Shown here: one piece after another, positions 55,632 through 64,000 of the stretch | Position numbering within the stretch: position 1 is the stretch's first letter | Layout of the letters: the number at the start of each line of letters is the position of its first letter | NCBI RefSeq assembly: GCF_009914755.1 | Contig: NC_060926.1 | Strand: one strand, 5' to 3' | Length of the DNA stretch: 64,000 nucleotides | Source: the human T2T-CHM13v2.0 reference genome, Homo sapiens | Translations under genes and position numbers: made by a program | Notes under the pieces: generated by a model | What the model saw: the letters and a program-made list of their open reading frames with translations, nothing else | What the model was told of the DNA's origin: nothing | Database searches by the model: none

Positions 55632-55846
55632 TTCTTTTACTCAGTGTTGATCAGCACTCTTTCTTTCTCCAGTGCCTAGAATTGTGCTTACTTTGACAAA
55701 ATAGATCAATAAGCACTGGAGAATAATAGGCAAAATAGATCAGTAAGCACTGGGGAATAAATGCCTGATCATGAAGATAGTGATGATGATGACTGTTGAT
55801 TATGACAGCTGCTTTTCATTGACTATGTCCTCTTGTTACATTGTAT
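55632..55846 (+). repeat. Probable derived copy of 53257-53446 with internal 30-bp duplication
   Basis: Direct alignment; CAAAATAGATCA.TAAGCACTGG.GAATAA at 55697-55726 and 55731-55760. Confidence 0.95.
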
Positions 55847-57234
55847 CTTTAATGTATCTTGCTTGCACAGATAGCAGTGAAGACAGCTAAAAAGGCAGAG
55901 GGGAATGGCAGGTTATGTGGAACAAACTTTAATATTCAGATGGCTCATTGTTACACTCTAATTTTTCACTTGGTATAAATTGCTACTGAGAAAAAACAAA
56001 AGATGGGTTGAATCTGTTGACTTGGATGGTTCATGAATATTTCCTCACCGAATCCACTTTGAGAGCTGAATTGCCTAATTCTATTAATGTTACGGAGAAT
56101 CAGAACAAACACTATCTGATGTTTTATCTTTCAAGCTTCTGAGATATATTCTTAATCCTGCTATGTCACCACTAATTCCTAATGACCAGGCATTATGAAG
56201 GTGATGTAAATTTCATCTTGTAACTCATTCATTACCCTTATGGCTGGTGGTGACGGATGTCATTAGTTTAATGATTATGGTTATCCATTAATATCCATAG
56301 TTGTCCATGATGATCACCTACTGAGGTTGGATGTATCATTGCTTAATACATTAAATTAGACAAAAATGTCATGGCTGAGCACACAATATCACCCATTATT
56401 TTTGAAGATGAGTAAATCAAATGTTTCTCAATAAAACAGCAATGTAGGTCTTTTGGACTTTTAACTTTTTTAAGAAATCTTAAACAATGGCATAAAATGG
56501 GAATCTCCTAAGCTCAGCTGTTAGCCATTATGACCAAATGAAAGCTCCCCTGACATCCATCATGTTTTACCATGGAAGCAGTTTTACAAGCATGATGCAT
56601 TATGTCTGTGGCTCCAGAGTATGGAATCATGTTTCCAGGTCCAGCTTAACTACTACCCACTTAAATTCCAAAACCTTTTCAAGAGGTGATCTTTATTTCT
56701 GTTGTCCTGCTAAAACTTTTCCCCAATTTTTTTGCATTTTGTCATATTTTTAAATTTATAAAGCCCTTAAAAAAACTGTATCATTCATTTCCCATAAAAA
56801 ATCATAAGGTAGTTATCTTATTTCCTTCTGCAGCTTTCTTGGGAATTTGTCAGTCATTTCCTGATGTCATTTACCAGATGCTTGTTGGATGTTCCCTATG
56901 TGAAAAATAGCTCCTGATACTAGCAATTCCTGCCATGTGCATTTTACATCCCTATACAGCCTAGCACTAATTTCTCCCATTATATTTAAATGTTTCAATC
57001 TTTGGAATTACCGACTGATTTCTACTCCTCATGTGTTGATAAGAAGTTGAAATGAGACAGACTGTTTTGCTTGTTTGTTGAAAAGGGATGACTGCAAAGA
57101 ATTTATTGGTACCATTTTGAAATATCTGCATAGACCCAGAGCTCAGGTTTGCTAAAATTAAATTAACTTTATTAGAATATTCACTATAATTCAATGTGCC
57201 TTTTAAATTGATTTATTAACTGATTTATTTAAAC

Positions 57235-57715
57235 ATTTGCTCATTTGTTCATTCACTACTCATTTAACAAGAATTTATTGAATTCCTACCATGTACCTGT
57301 AGAAGAAGTATGGAGTTAAATAAGATCAGTACATATTTTAAAAAGTTTTAGTTCCTCTGGGTTAATCACAGCCTATCAGAGGAAGCAGTTATATGAATTG
57401 AAAACTATAATATATTGTGACATGTACTGTCATAGAAATTAGTCAGTGACTGAGAATACACAGACCACAAGAAAATAATTAAGCATGAGAACTATGAAGA
57501 AAGATTTCAGAAAAGTGGTGTCATTTATTTTGAGTATTGATGAATAAGTGAGAGTTTCTTAGAGAGAAACAATTATGAAGAATATCATGTTCAGGAAAAT
57601 AAATAAAAAATATAGAAGTTTAGCTAAATGACACATCTATGAGAGAGAAAAGACTCCAAGTACAGCTTGGAAAGGAGGCTGGAACCAGGTAAGTAAGGAT
57701 CTTACAAGCTCTATG
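57235..57715 (-). mobile_element. L2 LINE 3' end
   Basis: CATTTGTTCATTCACTACTCATTTAACAAGAATTTATTGAATTCCTACCATGT antisense L2 tail. Confidence 0.75.
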
Positions 57716-57884
57716 AGATCTTACAAGCTCTTAAAGAAGATTCCATAAACCCTTCATCTTTAGAGTACTTGACCTGAAAAATCTTTTGTTCCACACATGA
57801 GTTCATTGATTAATTAGGTACAAAGTATTGAGGTATTGTAGAGGTTTAAGAAGATATATTTGTGGAGAATAAATAGAATAGACA

Positions 57885-58835
<951 letters not shown>

Positions 58836-59649
58836 TTTTTAAAGCATATATGTGTCATACTTTATCTTCATATAAATTATCATGTATGTATTTGTGTGTA
58901 TATAGCACTATGTATATATATGCACACATGCACAATCACATATAAAATACCTGTGACAAGCATTTTCAACAGTTTTCTATCTAGCAAAATTTTTGAAAGA
59001 GAAAGCCAAAGTATGCCACTTCATAGTAAAGAAGATGCTTTAAATGTAAGAGAAAAATAACTTTTTCAACATGGAAAAGACAAAAATAATTGGAAATATT
59101 TATTGTTATTTGACTTTTGCCTCTAAAAACAATATAGATATATGAACTATACATTCTTCCAAAGTTGTCCTCACAAAGAATTTTGGAATATAATTTTCAA
59201 TCTGTGTAAAAATAAAAGTTGTAAACTTTCAATTAGTTTTCAAGAATAACTTTGTATAATAATAAGGTAGATTTGCTTGTTGAGTTTGCTTATACACATC
59301 TTTGCATAATTAGTGGATAAGATTACAGAATACAGTTCATGACATGAACCAGTGACCCAATTTTTCATTTTGATTAATTTTTAATGAGAGGTACATTTTC
59401 AAATATATAGTTATTAAAATAAAGTATTACAATATATTGGACTTAGAAACATACCTTCAATTTAAAGTAATCTAAAGGGTTACATGAAAATTTTCTGGAA
59501 TTAAATAACCATTGAATTATATTCTATTTTTTTGATTACTTCATTAAGATTTAATTCAAATACCATAAAACTCACCCACTTCAAGTGTGTAATTTAGTGG
59601 TTTTAGCATATTCAGAGTTGTACTACCATCACCACTATCTAATTTTGTT

Positions 59650-60833
59650 TCACTTATTTATTTTATTAATTTTAATTTTCTAAAATAATTTTTGGGGTAC
59701 ATAGTAGGCGTATATATTAATGGGTTACAAGAGAATTTTTGATATAGACATGCAATGTGAAATAAGCACATCATGGAGAATGGAGTATCTGTCACCTCAA
59801 ACATTTATCTTTTGAGTTACAAGCAATCCAATTACACTCTTTAAGTTATTTTAAAATGTACAATTAAGTTATTGATTATAGTCACCCTATTGTGCTATCG
59901 AACAGTAGATCTTACTCATTCTTTGTAATTATTATTTTTTGTACCCATTAACCATTTCTACCTGCCCTCTCATCCCTCCACTACACTTCCCAGACTCTGG
60001 TAATCATCCTTTTACTCTCTGTCCATGAGTTCAATTGTTTTGATTTTTAAGTTTCCCGAATACATGAGAACATGTGATGTTTGTCTTTCTGTGCCTGGAT
60101 TATTTCACTTAACACAATGATCTCCATTTCCATTCATGTTGTTGCAGATGACTGGATCTCACTCTTTTTTATGGCTGAATAGTATTCCATTGTGTATATA
60201 CACCACATTTTCTTCATTCATTCATCGCTGATGAACACTCTGGTTGCTTTCAAATCTTAGCTATTGTAAACAGAGCTGCATGTAATGTAGAAGTTTAGGT
60301 ATCTCTTCAATATACTGATTTCCTTTCATCTGGGTATATAACCAGCAGTGGGATTGTTGGATCACATGGTAGCTCAATTTTTAGTTTTTTGAGGAACCTT
60401 CAAACTGTCCTCCATAGTGGTTGTACTAATTTACATTTCCATCAACAGTGTATGAAGGTGCCCTTTTCTCCATATCCTCGCCAGCATATGTTACTGCCTG
60501 TCTTTTGGATATGTGCCATTTTAACTGGTGTGGGATGATATCTCATTATAGTTTCAATTTCCATTTCTCTGATAATCCGTGATATTGAGCACCTTTTCAT
60601 ATGCCTGTTTGTCATTTGTATGTCTTTTGAGAAATGTCTATTCAGATATTTGCCCGTTTCTTGATCGGATTGTTAGATTTTTTTTCCTGTAGAATTATTT
60701 GAACTCCTTATATATTCTGGATGTTAATTTCTTCTTAGATGGGTAGTTTGCAAATATTTTCTCCTATTGTGTGGGTTGTCTCTTCAATTTGTTGATTGAA
60801 TCCTTTGCAGAAGCTTTTTAACTTGATAGATCT
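59650..60833 (-). mobile_element. L1MA (L1MA1-3-like) 3' end, within older L1M sequence
   Basis: GGGTACATAGTAGG...CATGCAATGTGAAATAAGCACATCATGGAGAATGG 3'UTR plus antisense ORF2 3' end. Confidence 0.88.
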
Positions 60834-61154
60834 CTCATATAGTCTATTAAAAAGCTTTTTTAGTGTTAATAAGGAAATCATTTAAGATCTTTATCTTTTA
60901 GTTATTTTAAAATGTTGATTTTAAGGTAATATAGTGTTATAAATATATTACATGTGTTCAATGAGATAATCCTGTAACACAAATTATTTAAAATTTGTAA
61001 ACCAATAGAAGTATACATTTTTGGTGTGCCTGGTAATGTTATTTCATAAACAAGCCTGTGTAATTAAAAACATTTGAATTCTGCTGCTCTGGTCAAGGTA
61101 AGTCACCTGCATTTTCTATAAGGGACTTGGTGCTGACTTAGATAAATCCTAATT

Positions 61155-61155
<1 letters not shown>

Positions 61156-61185
<30 letters not shown>

Positions 61186-61471
61186 GAGACGGAGTCTCGC
61201 TCTGTCGCCCAGGCTGGAGTGTAATGGCGTGATCTCGCTCTCGCTCACTGCAAGCTCCGCCTCTCGGGTTCACGCCATTCTCCTGCCTCAGCCTCCCGAG
61301 TAGCTGGGACTACAGGTGCCCGCCACCACACCCGGCTAATTTTTTCTATTTTTTAGTAGAGACGGGGTTTCACCATGTTAGCCAGGATGGTCTCATTCTC
61401 CTGACCTCGTGATTCCCCACCTTGGCCTTCCAAAGTGCCGGGATTACAGGCGTGAGCCACTGTGCCCAGCC
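61156..61471 (-). mobile_element. AluY
   Basis: About 29-T tail, GCAAGCTCCGCC and TTAGCCAGGATGG diagnostics; TSD ATAAATCCTAATTT. Confidence 0.96.
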
Positions 61472-61589
61472 AATAAATCCTAATTTTTTATACACGATAT
61501 ACTGTATCTTTTGGTCCACAAATGACCTCTCCTTTTTTTAAAAAAAAAAGCTTTTTAAGATATATAGTTAGATATTTTTAAAAAGTAAG

Positions 61590-62150
61590 AAATATCTATG
61601 GACCCACCATTCTAAACAAAAGCTAGGACCTTGACAGTAGCCTGCCTTGAATCCTATGCTTCCCATGGACATATTTCCTGCATCCCCATATCCATAGGGG
61701 TCACACATCCTGAATCCTATGTTTGTCCTTCTTGCTTTCCTTTTAAATGAGATTTTATTGTTTAAAGTTTCATTTTCTTCTAAAAATATTTTTAAATTTT
61801 ATTTGTTTCACACTTTAGAGAGAGGGTATCATATTTACGGGCCACTTAGGGATTTTGCTTTCCCCCTTAATGTTGTCTTATGAAGGTCCATATCATTGCA
61901 TGTTGCTGTAGTTCATTTGTTTTGACTCCTAGAACATATTGCATTGTTTGATACGCCACAACTTATTTGTCTACTCTCCCACTGACAGGCATTTGTGCAA
62001 CTTCAAGTTTTCTGTATTTGATCAGTAGCTCTAAAGACATTAGCAGAGATGTCTCCTGATAAACTAAGTAAGCATTTCTCTTGCATAGATAATGCTGGGT
62101 CATAATGTAGGTAAAGAATTAATTTAAGGAGGTGTTTGCCCAAGTGTTTC
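61590..62150 (-). mobile_element. Old L1ME/L1MC 3' remnant
   Basis: GTTGCTGTAGTTCATTTGTTTTGACT...CCACAACTTATTTGTCTACTCTCCCACTGACAGGCATTTG, antisense L1M-like. Confidence 0.6.
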
Positions 62151-62679
62151 TGTTGATCTATCAGGGTTTTTCCCATTTTATCTTGACATTCAAAGCATTT
62201 CTAAGAAAAATTTCCTGTTATCTTATGCAATAAGACCATTGTATCTAAAACTCCTAAACAAAAATTCTGGAGACAACATTATACTAAAGGAAAGCAAAAC
62301 ATATGATGGCAAATGACTTCATAATCTCTGTCTCTAGCTCGACACTTTCTCCCCAAGGCAAACATAACCACAGTCTTGTATGAAGATTCGTGCCATAATA
62401 TTTAACTTTTCTCCAGTGACACACTTCCCTATGGGTGTTACATGGCAACATGTAGAAGAATTCTCAAAAATTCTCTTTACTGAAGATTTCTTTGTAATAA
62501 TCTTGGAAAAGAACCGTGGCTCCCCTAACCCACATCCTACCGCTCCATGCCATTTCTTCCTTCTCTTTTGCTCTGGCCCAGAATGCTGGAGATATCTTTG
62601 GGCTCATATACAATTTATCTGCAAATTTGGTTGGTTCTTCCATCAAAGTATGTCTCAAATGGCACTTCACAGCCCTCCC

Positions 62680-63400
62680 TTGCTGTCACTCAGCTCCAAG
62701 TTGGTATCATCTCCTACTAGAGTAGTATGATAGAGGTATATCTTCTTCTATGCTTGTGTCCTACAGACTCTTCTCACATAGGAAAAGTAACCCTTTAAAC
62801 ACATGAATTTCATTACTTCTCTTCTGAAAATACCTCAGTAGGTTCTCAATGAGTTAGCATAAAATTCCAACCCCTTATCATGGGCTTACAAAGACCCTGC
62901 ATGCTGCAGCCTTTAACTAACTCTGATTGCATTCCCTATCACTCCCTTCTGGCTTCCTCCTCTCCTGTCTCAGTGTCTTCTTTAGTTTAACTGAAATGAG
63001 TCAACAATGACTCTGCATCAGCACATATGAGTTGTTCTTTACTCTGAACATCCTTTCTCCAAAATTGACAGAGAGCATTTTTTTCCACATATTAACTTAC
63101 CTGCCTCACTTTAAGAATGTTGCTGTTCAAATGTCATCTCTTGATGCCTTACCTTACCATCCTTTCAGAAATTAACCTCTTCATTATCACATTACCTCGT
63201 TTTAATTTTCATCAAAAAACCTATCACTCTCAGATAGATCTCATAAATACATTTGCTTATCTGTTAACTGTAATTCTCCCTGACTAGAGTATAAAATCCC
63301 TGGGGGACAGATTTGTTCTGTCTTGCTCACTACAGGCTCTCCAGCACCTATTAGAGTATAAACACATGGTACTACATTCAAAAAAGTCTTGAATGAATAC
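62680..63400 (+). mobile_element. L2 LINE 3' end
   Basis: TTCTCCCTGACTAGAGTATAAAATCCCTGGGGGACAG...TCTTGCTCACT...TTGAATGAAT. Confidence 0.75.
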
Positions 63401-63619
63401 ATGAGTCTATCTATTTCATCTAGAGACTTCCAGAACTTTCAAAGTAATTTTCTCTATACTTCATGTTTTCTTTCTTAAGATTTTAACTAATAATTCAACA
63501 AAACAAGTTTTTATCAAGATATTCATTTTTGAAATCTGCTTTTCAATGTTGGGCTTCTGTGAAAAAGTTCTGTGCATAATTTCATTTTTATAAAGTATTC
63601 TGCTGAAAAAATTAAATAT

Positions 63620-63800
63620 CACTGTTAGATATAATCATCTCAATAACACAGCTAGGATTGTACCATATACCTGTTTTATTGATGATTATATTAGACCTCA
63701 GAAGCTTTAAGTAATTTGTCCAAATCACATAGATCTTAAATGCTATGGCTCAAATGGGAGTCATTTTTGCTTCACTGTAAAGCTCGTGGTTTTCTCAATT
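63620..63800 (-). mobile_element. MIR SINE
   Basis: GACCTCAGAAGCTTTAAGTAATTTGTCCAAATCACATAG antisense core. Confidence 0.55.
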
Positions 63801-64000
63801 ATCCGCGTCTTTAGGTCCTCATTATAATGAAGGTGAGTGCATTGAATGTAAGATGTGATACAGGACCAGAGATAAATTAAGTATGTTGATATACAGAGAT
63901 GATACCACTATTTTCAAATAATTTCTCAAAGAGCTATGTTTAAATTGTTGAAGTAGAGGGACATGGGAAATACATTGATGGATGTTGTATAAGAGGCTCT

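Overview
AT-rich primate (human-like) intergenic or intronic DNA. I see no convincing host protein-coding gene; the listed ORFs are chance frames or repeat-derived. The window is dominated by transposable elements. These include a 4.4-kb internally deleted HERV-H provirus (28033-32397, minus strand, GTATG TSD, tRNA-His PBS), a HERV-W solo LTR17, MER4-, LTR9-, MLT2-, MLT1- and MST-type solo LTRs, and a full-length Tigger1 with TA TSDs. There is also an L1PA15-16-like 5' half, a young L1PA2-type 3' end, an L1MA 3' end, L2/MIR relics, hAT MITEs and about 12 Alus. Family names come from recalled consensus sequences, not from a RepeatMasker run. Two structures stand out beyond the repeat annotation. 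(i) Three 80-200 bp segments are copied from templates 0.7-2.4 kb away, with hairpin or patchwork junctions, resembling fossil templated-insertion DNA repair. (ii) A microhomology-bounded 65-bp deletion removes the TATA box from the HERV-H 5' LTR only. I found no evidence of a wholly new biological system.
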